From positions 3,658,001 through 3,722,000 of the forward strand of contig OX597822.1 of the NCBI GenBank assembly GCA_951406725.2: a stretch of DNA of 64,000 nt. Reading direction: 5' to 3'. Shown here piece after piece: positions 26,092 to 41,052 of the stretch. The notes beneath the pieces are model-generated. The model did not search any database, was not told the DNA's origin, and saw only the letters and a list, made by a program, of their open reading frames with translations. The stretch's first letter is position 1. Each line of letters opens with the position of its first letter. A program made the translations under genes and the position numbers. The stretch is from Octopus vulgaris (Eukaryota).

Positions 26092-27317
26092 CGATGCAGT
26101 TTCGGCGGCCGGGGGTGTTTGTCTCCCCTTCGTAAATGTATATAAGGACACAGGGAAAAATGTGTCAAAGCCATCAGGAGGCGTTCGATGCTTCCTAGGG
26201 CTATACAGCGGTGGTGTTGAATCGGTGTTGCAAGAATCCTTATGTGCAACCGTGTGTTGAAACATAAATTGTTGTATTTGGGGATGTTTTTTTGCCAAAT
26301 TAACACACACACTTTATATATATATTAGTTCTTCACTTGTTTATTACTATTATTCTTATTTCAACTCATGTCCATTGTCCATAAATCTGTTGTCAAATAT
26401 CTGTGACCTCTTCAGCGAAACTTTCCGTCCTCGTTTGTGCTCCTGCTCCGCTTAAACCATTCTGTTTTTCTATGTGTATCCTTATATACGCATTCCTTTG
26501 CGTCAGTACTTGTGTGTGCGCGTGTCTGTATGTGTGTGTGTGTGTGTGCGTACGCCTATCAATGCGTTTCGCATGTGTGCATATGTGTGTATATATTGGC
26601 TTGTGGCACACACACACACACACACTTATACAAATATACATACATGCATATATATATATATATATATATTGTATTAAATTAGAGACAAAACCACTATTAG
26701 GCAAATCAAACAATGAAAGACTTAAGCCAATACATATGATTATTTTATATTATTTAAATATGTAACAATTATTAAAAAATATAATTAATATATATATATA
26801 TATGTGTGTGTCTAAGAAGCTCGCTTGCTGCCTTGTAGAATGCAGTTCAGTCAGACTGTACGGCAGCATCGTGGCCAATGTCTTGTGCTATAGTCCCCAG
26901 GACGACGAATGCCTTATGAGTGAATTAGAGAGACAATGTGTTAGTTTGTGCGTATCTGTGTGTGAGTGTGTAGGAGTGCATTATGTTTGCTTTTTCTGAA
27001 ACTGTCAGATCTGGAATGAAATAGTTTTGGGAATGCTAGGATCTAAGAAGAATATGAGATCTTTCTGCTGCACGTAAATGACATTTCTTAGATCCATATC
27101 CATGTAACTTGGATTACTCCACGATTCTTCGCCTGATTATATACGATGTGCTGTTGGACTTAAAATCCGTTCTTGTTTGGCCAACTTACTGTCCCGGGAA
27201 GAAGAGAAGTGGCTTTCATAAGGTTTTTTGAAATTGCTGTCGCATAACCCGATGTAATTTTTCTTTTTGGTTGTTGGGTTCTTGGTGATGTTTTCTGGCG
27301 GTAATATTCTCCATATT

Positions 27318-27548
27318 GGCGGCGAGCTGGCAGAAACGTTAGCACGCCGGGCGAAATCCCTAGCGGTATTTTGTCTGCCGTTACGTTCTGAGTTCAAATT
27401 CCGCCGAGGTCGACTTTGCCTTTCATCCTTTCGGGGTCGATTAAATAAGTACCAGTTAATTACTGGGGTCGTTGTAATCGACTTAATCGCCTTGTCTATC
27501 CTTGTTTGTCCTCTATGTGTTTAGCCCCCTGTGGTCAATAAAGAAATT
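27318..27548 (+). mobile_element. SINE family A, young copy
   Basis: GGCGGCGAGCTGGCAGAAACGTTAGCACGCCGGGCGAAA...GAGTTCAAATTCCGCCGAGGTCGACTTTGCCTTTCATCCTTTCGGGGTCGATTAAATAAGTACCAG. Confidence 0.92.
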
Positions 27549-27779
27549 AAAAAAATATTCTTCATATTGGGGCATCGGATTTATGATATTTTAACTGAGC
27601 GTCTGTATTTGTGGTTTACTGGGAAATGCTTATCTAAAAGAGTCAGAAATTTATTGCCTGTTAGTTTTCACATCCAGATAGAAAGTGGGAGGGAGTTCCA
27701 TATTATTTACTTAGGTTTATTTTTCGGTCTATTTTATGATTCATATTTTCAATTGAAAGGATATGATATATCTTATATT

Positions 27780-27956
27780 TGAAGCCGCTCTTAGCCGCTT
27801 CAACGTGGCTGTCCATTCAAACGGACTCTACTGCGAATTATCGGATGCAGCTGTGAATCGTTAACCATCTGGAGGAGATGTCCTCATCGGGTTAACAAAT
27901 TGCTGTAGAGTCCGCTCAAACGGACAGTCACGTTGAAGTGGCTACGAATGCTACTT

Positions 27957-27958
<2 letters not shown>
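27780..27958. mobile_element. Palindromic MITE-like element next to (TA)n
   Basis: TAGCCGCTTCAACGTGGCTGTCC...CGGACTCTAC pairs with GTAGAGTCCG...GGACAGTCACGTTGAAGTGGCTA; inner GTTAACC...GAGGA-gatg-TCCTC...GGTTAAC hairpin. Confidence 0.75.
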
Positions 27959-28000
<42 letters not shown>

Positions 28001-28041
28001 GGATTAAATAAAAAGACAACAAACGGAAAATATGACTTACC

Positions 28042-28107
<66 letters not shown>

Positions 28108-28549
28108 AAAATGTTTAGTAAATAAACACACGAACATATACTAAGTACAGAGACTGACACAAGAGACAGAAGGTCATCAATTGTACATCAGTTATCAGCC
28201 AGAGAGTCAACCACTGGAGCACCACACAATATATACACATATATATATATCTATGTGGGTCTATGAATGCGTGTGTCTATATAGAAACAGAGAGGGGGGG
28301 AGTAAGTGAGAAAGAGTGAGAGAGAGAGTGAGAGAGAGAGAGAATATATCTTAAATTAAATGTATGCGTCCTGGAAGTTCATTTTCAATTTGAGGCATCT
28401 CATATCACTGATTTACCCGTCGTTATTCGTTGTGTTGGGTTCAACACCGGGTTTGTTTTCCTCTCGATTGTCTACGGGAACGCGAAATCATCATTTACTC
28501 TACCAACCCACTTGTCATTACTCAGAGCTACATATATAATATAATATGC

Positions 28550-28800
<251 letters not shown>

Positions 28801-28803
28801 CAT

Positions 28804-29077
28804 AATACAAAATGGGACAAGAACGCAATATATCCGGACAACCAGTTGATACAAAAAGGGACAACAGAACATCCAGATAGACGATACAAAAAAAAGAAGA
28901 CGGGTCATTCGAAGTTTTCTATCCTCAGTCAAGAACCGGATCATTCATTGCAATTTCGGCTGATTAATCTTGAGATTGTCCCGTCTATTTTGTATCGTCT
29001 ATCAGGATGTTCTGTTGTTCCTTTTTGTATCACCTAGTTGTCCGGATGTTTTGCGTTCTTGTCCCATTTTGTATTTT
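28804..29077. mobile_element. Foldback element (~95-bp inverted arms) inside (TA)n
   Basis: AATACAAAATGGGACAAGAACGCAA...GATAGACGATACAAAA...GACGGG mirrored by CCCGTCTATTTTGTATCGTCTATC...TTGCGTTCTTGTCCCATTTTGTATT. Confidence 0.85.
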
Positions 29078-29140
29078 ATATATATATATATAGCGGCGTA
29101 CGTACACTTTGTTCTCTCTCTCTCTCTATCTCTCTCTCCC

Positions 29141-29202
<62 letters not shown>

Positions 29203-29589
29203 CATATAATATATAAATATATATATATGTATACATATATACATAAATTCGTATATATATGTATATCATTGTTATATATTATATATCTATGCACTCTAAA
29301 AATTTAATATGTGATTGTGTGTGTGTGTGCATATGTGTATGTAGGTGTATGAATGCATTTAAAACAGACTGGAAGAGAGAAAAAGAGAGACAGAGTAAGA
29401 GCGTGATAAAATTGACCCAGTGCAATTCCTTATAACAAAGCCACGATAAATACGTCTGTCTGTCCGTATGAAGAAAATACTTCAAAGGGAATCTTCTAAA
29501 GAATATTATGGTACAAATTTTATTTATTCATCAGCAAAGATAAAACGAAGCCCGGTTAAAACCATTAGTTAGCGAATAATCTGATCATT

Positions 29590-29752
29590 ACGACCGTTGT
29601 TATTATTATTATTATCATCACCACCACCACCATCATCATCATCATTATTAGTATTATTATGTTCATGCTATTATTGTCATCACTACCATCGGTACTATTA
29701 TTGCTGCTATTAATATTCCTAGAAGTAGTAGTAGTAGTAGTAGTTGTAGTAA

Positions 29753-29789
<37 letters not shown>

Positions 29790-29793
29790 CGTG

Positions 29794-29840
<47 letters not shown>

Positions 29841-29900
29841 CGTGGTGGTCGTGGTAGTAGTATTAGTAGTAGTGTAGGTGGTGGTCGTCGTGGTGGTAGT

Positions 29901-29984
<84 letters not shown>

Positions 29985-30045
29985 GGTGGTGGTCGTCGTC
30001 GTCGTCATCGTGGTAGTAGTAGTAGTAGTAGTAGTAGTAGTATTA
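29590..30045. repeat. Compound triplet microsatellite (TAG/TGG/TCG/TAT)n
   Basis: Seen directly. Confidence 0.95.
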
Positions 30046-30641
30046 TTTCAATATCTTATATTGCAAGTGTTTTTGTTTTTGTTGTTGTTGTTGTTGTCGA
30101 TGTTGTTTTTGATGTTATTTTTGTTTCTGTTGCCATTGTTGTTGTTTACATCTTTTATTAAAGATGCTTTCATCCTAGATTTTCATGTTCCAGACATTCG
30201 ATTTTCAGTTGTGTATATCATGTTTTAATTTTTTTTTTATTTATTTTCCTTTTACTTTTTGTTAATACTTTAGATTTTGTGTGTTTGTGTGAGTGTTTTT
30301 TTTCTCTGTGTGTGTGTGTGTGTGTTTATATATGCGCGTCTATTTTTTCTTTACGATTTCTTAGTTGCTTTTTTTTCTTTAGTTTCTTTTTGCTTTTTTT
30401 TTTTAAATTGATTTTGCCAAATCTCTGGTGAACATCATGATAATATTGATTGAATTTCTTATTGTACACTACCTACCTTGCTTTTGATGTGACATACAAG
30501 ACGAACATTGATACGTACAGGCGCGAAAGTACATACGTAAACATATAAATAACTACAAGGGCATACACGCAAACATACATTCATCCATACGTGTATACAT
30601 ATGTATATGCCTGTGTGTTTGTGTGCGTGTGTGCGTATCCG

Positions 30642-30675
<34 letters not shown>

Positions 30676-30894
30676 ATTCAATAAATGGTTCCTCTCCTAT
30701 ATGTATATATATATATATAGTAGAATATAAATATATTCTCGTAAGTATATTTTACTCATATATATATATATATACATATGACGCGTCTACAAATGTGCCT
30801 ACACCTACATACATGCCAGTAGATAAATAAGTGGCTGTATACATCTATTCTATTTTCCGATGTGTGGGTGTGTTTTTGTGCATAGCTGCAGATA

Positions 30895-30929
<35 letters not shown>

Positions 30930-31398
30930 TGATGTATCTTTGCAGATATATTATATTAACAAATATTTCGGTGTATTACCAGCAAAGAACATATCTCAAA
31001 AAAACCCTATCCCTCTATTATCTATTGTGAGTACCTTAAAAACCTAATAGACATACATATATATGAATAAACTACATATAGATACGCATACACGTGCAGA
31101 CAAGCTGCTCCATATGCATTTTTTAATCTAAACGATATTTACGATAATCATATCGTATACTCCTGCACAATATCCTTTTCTTTCATATTACATGTATACA
31201 CAGTCAACGTGAACGGGCGCGTACTTAGAGCGGGTGACTTCATTGGATATACGATGGATACTGTCTATGTTGATATTCCAACTATCTATTTTGTCTAATA
31301 AGTGGTTATTCTTCTGGCTATATTCACTGAAAAAACGTTTTTTGTTCATGATTGTAACGATACTCATCTCCAATTTATTTTCACTTTGCACTACATAC

Positions 31399-31439
31399 CA
31401 CATTTGTGTGGATGCCGGCGACATAAAAATATCGGAGAC
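31399..31439 (-). CDS. Candidate 41-nt exon (phase 1: G-LRYFYVAGIHTNV; read-through gives VCSAK* ending at 31381)
   Basis: Strong acceptor GTTTTCTGTTCTATTTTTCTTCAG and a donor GTG|GTATGT; non-repetitive sequence; protein not recognised. Confidence 0.4.
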
Positions 31440-31559
31440 CTGAAGAAAAATAGAACAGAAAACGTTTAAACAGACTCATGTTGGTTATAGTTTAACAAAC
31501 AAAATTCGAAATTATAAAATATATAAAGGGGTGTCTTTTTTAAGTTTGCACTTAATTAC

Positions 31560-31800
31560 ACGATGGCATTTCTTCGTGTCTGAAGATCACGAAGAAGAGC
31601 GGCATGCCTGAAGGTGGCTATGTAGGCCGCTCCTTGGACGACAGGCTCCGGCGCACTTGAGGCAAATATGTCTTCCTGAATGCGCTTAGTGGTTTTAAAG
31701 TGACAGTCAGTCGGCACAATCTGTTTCCACTCTTTCGGTTGAAGGTCTGACTGCAGTGGTACAGCTGACTAAGAGAGGCTACAATCACCAGTAAGCTGTA
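31560..31800 (-). mobile_element. RTE LINE 3' fragment
   Basis: ICLKCAGACRPRSGLHSHLQACR (RTE terminal CCHC/H-type finger) followed by the short tail GATCTTCAGACACGAAGAAATGCCATC. Confidence 0.7.
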
Positions 31801-31947
31801 CGTTTTACATAGGAGTGACGGTCTCCGAAGTGAATTGCTTTACAGAACTGGATAAACTTCACCTACCCTGGCAATAACGGCATATACACCTGATAGCTAT
31901 ACGTGTAGTAAGGAACCGTACTACGACAGTCTCTGGCGTATATATGT

Positions 31948-32003
<56 letters not shown>

Positions 32004-32009
32004 CATATA

Positions 32010-33989
<1,980 letters not shown>

Positions 33990-34128
33990 TATGTACATTT
34001 ATACATACATGTATATATATAAACATATTTACACTCACACAGACACATACACATATATGTGTAACATACATATTACACATATACGTGTGAGTTTATGCTT
34101 GCATAAATACACACGCTCATACACACAC

Positions 34129-34177
<49 letters not shown>

Positions 34178-34187
34178 TGTATATGTA

Positions 34188-34270
<83 letters not shown>

Positions 34271-34744
34271 GTATATTAGTGTGAGTGTGCGTACAAATTA
34301 GCCCGACATCTTTTCAGACAAACACGAGTTTTATTGTAAATATGTATAATTAAACAATATTGTAAAATTAAGGAAATCGTTAAAAGTAAATTGAGAATGC
34401 TAAAATCTTTAGAAATTTAATCATATAATTTGTTGGAATATCATCAACTGTTTAAAATAAACCGCCAACTCCATACGTATATTCCCATAACTGAGAATAT
34501 ACGTCTCCAGCAACATAGTCAAGATTATTCTCACAGTATATGGATGTGTCGGGAACTTAAGAAACAAGTATAAATGGCTTACATTGTACTAGAGAAGCCG
34601 AAACGTTTGGGGTTTATGTACAGACTGAAAAAAGTTTACAATATTACACTACTCTAACTCATGTAAAGTACCATTTAAATTACCATTCTCTTTGACACTA
34701 CACACACATACAGACAAATATGTATAAGTAAGCACACACCTAGA

Positions 34745-34747
34745 CCC

Positions 34748-34778
<31 letters not shown>

Positions 34779-34838
34779 CACACATACAGGAATGAGGTTT
34801 TTTTGTGTGTATACATATATATATATATATATATATAT

Positions 34839-34935
<97 letters not shown>

Positions 34936-35057
34936 TATCACAGTCTTAGGTAGGTCCTGGTCGAAACTTTCAAATCGTTTCCCCATGTGCTAAGCAGTTG
35001 GACTGAAGCTGAAACAAACATTTTGCCACACAGAACATATACTTAGCAGCATACACA

Positions 35058-35120
<63 letters not shown>

Positions 35121-35170
35121 ATAATAGATAGATACATACATACATAAATACATACATACATACCATACAT
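34745..35170. repeat. Compound (TA)n/(TAGA)n/(CA)n microsatellites
   Basis: Seen directly. Confidence 0.9.
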
Positions 35171-35649
35171 AGTTACAGGTAAGTTTATAGGCGTGTATGT
35201 CAATTTACGTAAACATTTACACTCCAGCATTGATTAGGTGAATGTGAATACGTGACTGAGCTAGTGTCAGCGTGTGTAGTATTCACGTACTAATAACACT
35301 AATAAAACAATTTTACTAATACAACTATTGTTCTCATAATATCAAGCCGAGTGATTTGTTTCGAAACAAATCGTATTTGACAGTTTCCTGCCAAAACCTT
35401 ATCGTCAATTCAACCACTTTAATGGTGACACATCCGTTCTGATCCTCTTTTTGAGGCTCTGAAATAAATGTGATGGCAACGTGACATTCTTGCACCTACT
35501 TTGAAAACCACCCGGTTTATAAGCCGCCCAGTGAATGACCTGCCGACCCAAACTTATTCACCGGTGCATCTATTCGTTGGTATGAGTGCAAGCGCACACA
35601 CATATGCATAAATACATACATACAAACATATAAGCGAACTACCGTAGTC

Positions 35650-36100
35650 GTTGGGCTGTTAACTTAATATAGTCGCCTTCAGTTTCCACCACGGCCTGCA
35701 AAGGCTTTGGAATCTGGTGCATACGTTTCTCACTGAGCCCCTGGGAAGACCTTCGAAGACCTCTTTCATCTTTGTTACCAGGCCAGGCAGTCAGGTTGGT
35801 GTCTTTCACAACCAGGAGAAATCGTAGAATATCTCCGACTTTTCCGGAGGAATGGAAGGAATCCAGTCCTGCTGCAACACATATGGACTTCCAGCAGCAA
35901 CTCACTCTAGCCAGGGATTGAGCCGAAGACCCTTTTCAAAAATGTGGCTTCCAGTTCTCCGTGTAAGCTGACGTTTTTTCTCAACCACATATTCAATCTT
36001 CTTGCGTTTCACTGCCGTTGTCTCTTCATCAGTACAACAATCTCTAACTGAAAAAAAAAAGGAGGAATAAAAAATCGTCGAATTTAGTTCAAACACCCTG
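35650..36100 (-). mobile_element. Deleted Tc1/mariner (maT/DD37D-like) remnant
   Basis: Starts CAGGGTGTTTGAACTAAATT; HIFEKGLRLN, PWLE*VAAGSPYVLQQD, QAVVETEGDYI. Confidence 0.75.
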
Positions 36101-36504
36101 CAACTTTAGAGCGTCTCAGATTCTCTCATTACTGACGGTGTTCTCACGCCTTAAGAAAACAAACCGGTGACAATACATATCATTCCACCGTCCTTGAAGC
36201 CTTTAACGCTATATTTGTAGCTTTTGCATATAGTATTTGTGATTACTTTTAGTAATTTTGAAGATAATAAACTACATTTAAAGACATTTTGCTGCAATAT
36301 TTTGTAGGGTGAGTGAGCGCAAAGAGGCAATGCATATAACATTTATATGATAAAAGTTATGTTAAACTTCTAAACGCTTGTTTAGTAAGCAGATATTTAT
36401 CCTCTCCGTTTTAACCGCAGTTAAACTGTATTACTTAGTTTTTTACGGTTAAGCTGAAACTTTGCTTTTATGAAAAGCACACACTAGCAAGTTTTACATA
36501 TCCT

Positions 36505-36918
36505 CTGTTTACGCTCTCTTTCTCTCTTTTACTTGTTTCAGTCATTTGACTGCGGCCATGCTGGAGCACCGCCTTTAATCGAGCAACTCGACCCCGGGAC
36601 TTATTCTTTTTGTAAGCCCAGTACTTATTCTATCGGTCTCTTTTGCCGAACCGCTCGTGACGGGGACGTAAACACACCCGCATCGGTTGTCAAGCAATGC
36701 TAAGGGGACAAACACAGACACACAATTACACACACATACATATATATACGTATATACCACAGACTTCTTTCAGTTTCCGTCTACCAAATCCACTCACAAG
36801 GCATTGGTCGGCCCGGGGCTATAGCAGAAGACACTTGCCCAAGGTGCCACGCAGTGGGACTGAACCCGGAACCATGTGGTTGGTTAGCAAGCTACTTACC
36901 ACAGAGCCACTCCTGCAC
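36505..36918 (-). mobile_element. SINE family B, full length
   Basis: Reverse complement GCAGGAGTGGCTCTGTGGTAAGTAGC...GGGTTCAGTCCCACTGCGTGGCACCTTGGGCAAGTGTCTT...GACTGAAACAAGTAAAAGAG. Confidence 0.92.
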
Positions 36919-37549
36919 CTGTTTATGTAATGTCACTGTAAATTTCTGAGCTCTCTCTATGTATATGTGCGTGTGTGTGTATGGGTGTGCGCATGTGTGT
37001 GTGTGTGTGTGTGTGTACGTGCGTGTATGTATGCCTCAAGCATACATACAGAAACGTATCTCATTCAATGGGACAAATGTGTCTAGATGTAGTATTGTCA
37101 ATCAATTCTAGGTACACAATTCCCTACACCTGAAACAGACGTAAGGTAATTTTAGTAATTGACTGATTTTTCTATTCAGCCCGCCGGTTATTCGCGACAC
37201 CCGTGATTCTTTATTTACTTTCTTCGAATATATGTGGCGAATTTTCGCCATCTGCATAGGTAGATATTTGCAGCTGTTTCTGAATACATATAATTCACAA
37301 CGTCCAACGAAGCTGAAATAATTCTAACATTCCGTCCAGTCGCCTGTGAGACGACTTTCCTCTGCGCCCGATATACAATGTGCTTTTAAACATAGCACGT
37401 TCATAAGAAGAATACAGCAGAGAATGTGCTTTTCGTACATTGGTTCTCAGATTGCTATTTTATTTTCATACTATTTCCGTTTCATATAACGAATATACAC
37501 ATACTCACACACAAACAGATACATACCATACCTATATATATACATGATT

Positions 37550-37771
37550 GATATAAATGTGACGTTGGTATTAAAAACACCTACAATGCTAGAAATAAGA
37601 CCTAGAAGGATCTAATGCTGTGGTTAACAACGCACATGAATGAAAACATATACACTGGTAAGGACCATAATTGTCCAAAAAAGGCCAACCGACCATTTTG
37701 GTCCCTGTAGTGTATATGTTTTCATGTAGGTGTTTTTAACACCCTAGTCATTTAATATTTATTCACAATTC

Positions 37772-37775
<4 letters not shown>
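37550..37775. mobile_element. Foldback element beside (TA)n
   Basis: TTAAAAACACCTACA/TGTAGGTGTTTTTAA and ATGAAAACATATACACT/AGTGTATATGTTTTCAT inverted arms. Confidence 0.7.
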
Positions 37776-37808
<33 letters not shown>

Positions 37809-37811
<3 letters not shown>

Positions 37812-38005
37812 TTGATCACTGATCACTTTGACCGACCAGTCCGTTAGGCGTCTATTTGACACCGCTGGTCACAGCACGCTGTCCACTCCTCTCTGGATCG
37901 CGCCTTTCTCATCCACGTGATCTCAATCGTCCTCCTGAAATCGTCACTCCACCGTCGTGGAGGTCTTCCAGGTGGTCTTTCCCGCTCACGCGGGTGCCAC
38001 TCGAC
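37809..38005 (-). mobile_element. RTE LINE 3' end with short tandem tail
   Basis: VEWHPRERERPPGRPPRRWSDDFRRTIEITWMRKARSREEWTACCDQR; tail GTGATCAGTGATCAAGTG joined to (TA)n. Confidence 0.85.
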
Positions 38006-38064
38006 AGATATTTATATATTTCTACAAATATATAAAAACACTACGCTCATTATTATATTAGGAG

Positions 38065-38115
<51 letters not shown>

Positions 38116-38129
38116 GGGTTTACTGTTGG

Positions 38130-38770
38130 GCTCCTGGAGTGGCAGGACGATGCCACCGCACGGCGTCGTCGGACGCTGGACCGACGGACCACTTAGAGTA
38201 CTTCCGTCTGGTTTGGTCCCGACCTCAAGGTTGATAAGAACTGGGACGAAGCGGCGAATAGGTTGGCCATCTTACACGGAAATGGGCTCAGAGGGGGCTG
38301 TCCCTGAAAGCTGGTGAATGCTTACGTCACCTCCATTATTATTTATCACCTGACCGTCATGCCTTCTCCCTGCGACTGCTGGACTAGATTGCAGCGTCTC
38401 TTATTTAAATTCAAGTGGAAGGGACGCGTTCCAATGGCCAGTCAGTCAGCCTGTTGCCAGCATTCTCTGAGTGGCTGATTAGGTATGTCGTGGATCCTAA
38501 TGCGCAGACACGCTCTTAGGTTATGCCACGTGCAACGATTACTGGACGGTGAGCGTATGTGGGCTCTGTTTGTGAGACTCGTCTTTCCGCAGCCCCTCTC
38601 CTCGACGGAGCTGCAGTCTTGGATGAAGAAGAGACCGAGGTTGGGCGCCTGGCACCACGAATATCGTGAGGCGCTCACAGCCCTCTACCAGTTGGGCAAT
38701 GGTATCGGAGGATGTTCTGCTTTAGAAATTTATAGAGGGTCAGTGTGGGTAGACTCTGGGCGCCGACGAG
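38130..38770 (+). mobile_element. Tx1/L1-clade LINE fragment (post-RT region)
   Basis: VWFGPDLKVDKNWDE; VNAYVTSIIIYHLTVMP...RLQRLLFKFKWKGRVP...G*LGMSWILMRRHALRL. Confidence 0.8.
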
Positions 38771-38784
38771 AACGAACTGTTTAT

Positions 38785-38842
38785 ATCTCACTGATGAGGC
38801 AGAGTATATTTTTACACAGAGTCAGAAATACGGATCTGAGAT
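38785..38842 (+). ncRNA. Type I hammerhead ribozyme motif, same family as 4365-4422 (element ~38775-38985)
   Basis: Stem I ATCTCA/TGAGAT; CTGATGA; GGC-aga-GTATA-tttt-TACAC-aga-GTC; extra A; GAAA; TACGGA; TC. Confidence 0.8.
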
Positions 38843-40852
38843 TATCCCAAATTTTTGCCTAGTTTATTTGTCTATTTTTTTCCCCTCCGTTGTATGAATA
38901 TTTATGGTGGTTTTAGCGTCATGTTTTGATTGCTATCTCCAACATGGTGGTATCTCTTAGATGCCCTTAATTATAATTTTACTAATAATTAACACCTATA
39001 AGGTTTTTATTCACATGCTGGCCTCTTGATATTATCGGTATTTTAAATAAAGATCATATCTGTATTTATATAAAAATGTGTGTGTGTGTGTGTGTGTGAG
39101 TATGTGTGTGTGCGTGTGTGTGTGTGTGTGTGTGTGCATGTGTGTGTGAGAGAGTGTGTGTTAATTATATATATGATCATTATCTATATTGGAATCTAAC
39201 TTTCAGAAATGCTTAGAATTCATGAAGTAATTCAGCATGGCACATGATCTTCTCGTTTGAATAATCATCCATTCTAGAAAATTATTGTTATACCAACACG
39301 ATTCCTACAGATTCAAATGTGATTTGAACATTTCGTCGAGCTCCCAGTAGGAGCTAAAAACGGTTCTGAGTCAGCAAACCTCGTTGCAGCATAGTTGCTC
39401 ATATACCAATACCTGATACTGTTCACTAAGTTCTTTCATTCATCACACAAATGTTTTTAACGTAAACTCCGAGTCACAGTGGAATCAGAAATTATAAAAC
39501 AAATGAAAAATCTATACTCTCCCGCTCTCTACTAATCTCTCTCTACCCCCCTCTCTATATATATAAGTCTGTTTGATTTTGTGTGTGGATGCATGTATGT
39601 ATGCTTGCCTGTATTTGTACATAAATGCATGTATAAATATCTTTGTATGTGTGGATGAATATACATGCTTACAGATATGTATAATACATATACTCTATAC
39701 ATAAACATATATAAAAGTGTTTATGTATGAGTATGTATGCATGTATGCGAGTACATATATGTGTAAATGCATACATACACATATATGTGTGTGTGTGTGT
39801 GTGTATACACACATGTGCATACATATGTATGTGCATTGTGTTCATATCTGTGAAAATGTAGGAGAACAACGTAGAAACAACAGTCTTTTTAGATAAGTTA
39901 ATAAAAGAGAAAACAGCACGGTGCGAATTTTTAATAATATATTGTGCTCAGAATAATGCCGTGTGTGTATGTGAGTGTGTGTGTGTGTGTGTATGTGCAT
40001 ATGTGTGTGAGAGAGAGAGAATATGTATGTGTATATGTTTGTCTATCTTGGTGCCAATGTGCATAATAGCTATTTTATAATTATATAGAGTGACTGATAA
40101 ATTTAGTGATGTATATGCTATCTCGTTGACTAATATGTATTAATTTTGCAGATATTTTCTCCTCAAAAAAGATATTTCTATATCAACTTGTTAGTTCTTC
40201 CTGGTAATTTATTAGCTTGAATTGATTCTCTGTTAATTTCTAGCAGTCTACCTAATTTCTACCAATCAACCAGGCAGACAAGCTAAATGCCAACCGACCT
40301 ACCGAACTACCTACATACCGATCTATGTATATATAGCTATTGTCTGCAGTTTTACTTAATTTCTTTCAGAGAATCTATTAGTTTTCATTTATATTGTTTG
40401 TATATTTGCTGCAGTTATCTTGTTGATGTCTCGTTTCAATTTTTCACTCGATTTTCTCTTAAAATTGCTGTCGTATGCCACGATAGTCGTCTTTATCAAG
40501 AAGTGAAGTATGAAAGAGATATCGACATAGATTGTTCTTTTGTTCTTTCGCTAGTTTTAGTCTTTGGACTTTTGTTTTTGTCGACGGGAATTGAGAACCA
40601 ACATTAGCGAGTGGCGTAGTCGATTACATTCTCGCTAGTGAACATTTTACCATTCTTCGTAGGCGGAAAACCAAACGGAACTTTGGCGGAATGTGATCTC
40701 AGAAACCTTGTAAATTAAATTTGCTGATGGTCTGCGATTATATCAATGTCAGCTTCGTTTCATTAAATTTTATTGCTAATTGCTCAAATAATTTTGGTTA
40801 TGTTAAACTCCGAGTAACGACGGAGTAAATCAACAACTCTACATATATGAAA

Positions 40853-41052
40853 GTAAGAGGCTGCAGAGTACGCCAAGCAGAATACTTAGAGGCATTTCGT
40901 TTGCCTTTACGTTCTGAGACGAAATGCCGTCGAGGTCGAGTTTGCTTTTCCTCCTTTCCGGGTCGATTAAATAAGTTACAGTTGAGCACTAGGTTCGACC
41001 TAATCGACTTACGACCACCTCCGAAAGTGTTGGCTTTGTGCCAAAATTTGAA
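40853..41052 (+). mobile_element. SINE family A (diverged)
   Basis: CGTTCTGAGACGAAATGCCGTCGAGGTCGAGTTTGCTTTTCCTCCTTTCCGGGTCGATTAAATAAG. Confidence 0.7.

Noticed and set aside
26385-26425. Minus-strand CTGAAGA followed by a GTCA/TGAC stem
   Set aside because: Followed by AACA rather than GAAA, with no stem III.
34565-34612. GGCTT...AAGCC-GAAACGTT-TGGG, a hammerhead right half
   Set aside because: No CUGANGA/UUGANAA core and no stem I partner upstream.
35353-35372. Perfect 20-bp palindrome GATTTGTTTCGAAACAAATC
   Set aside because: Real but isolated, with no supporting context for a function.
35640-36047. Strong minus-strand acceptor TTCCTCCTTTTTTTTTTCAG near 36048
   Set aside because: It lies within a mariner remnant; the downstream sequence is broken transposase.
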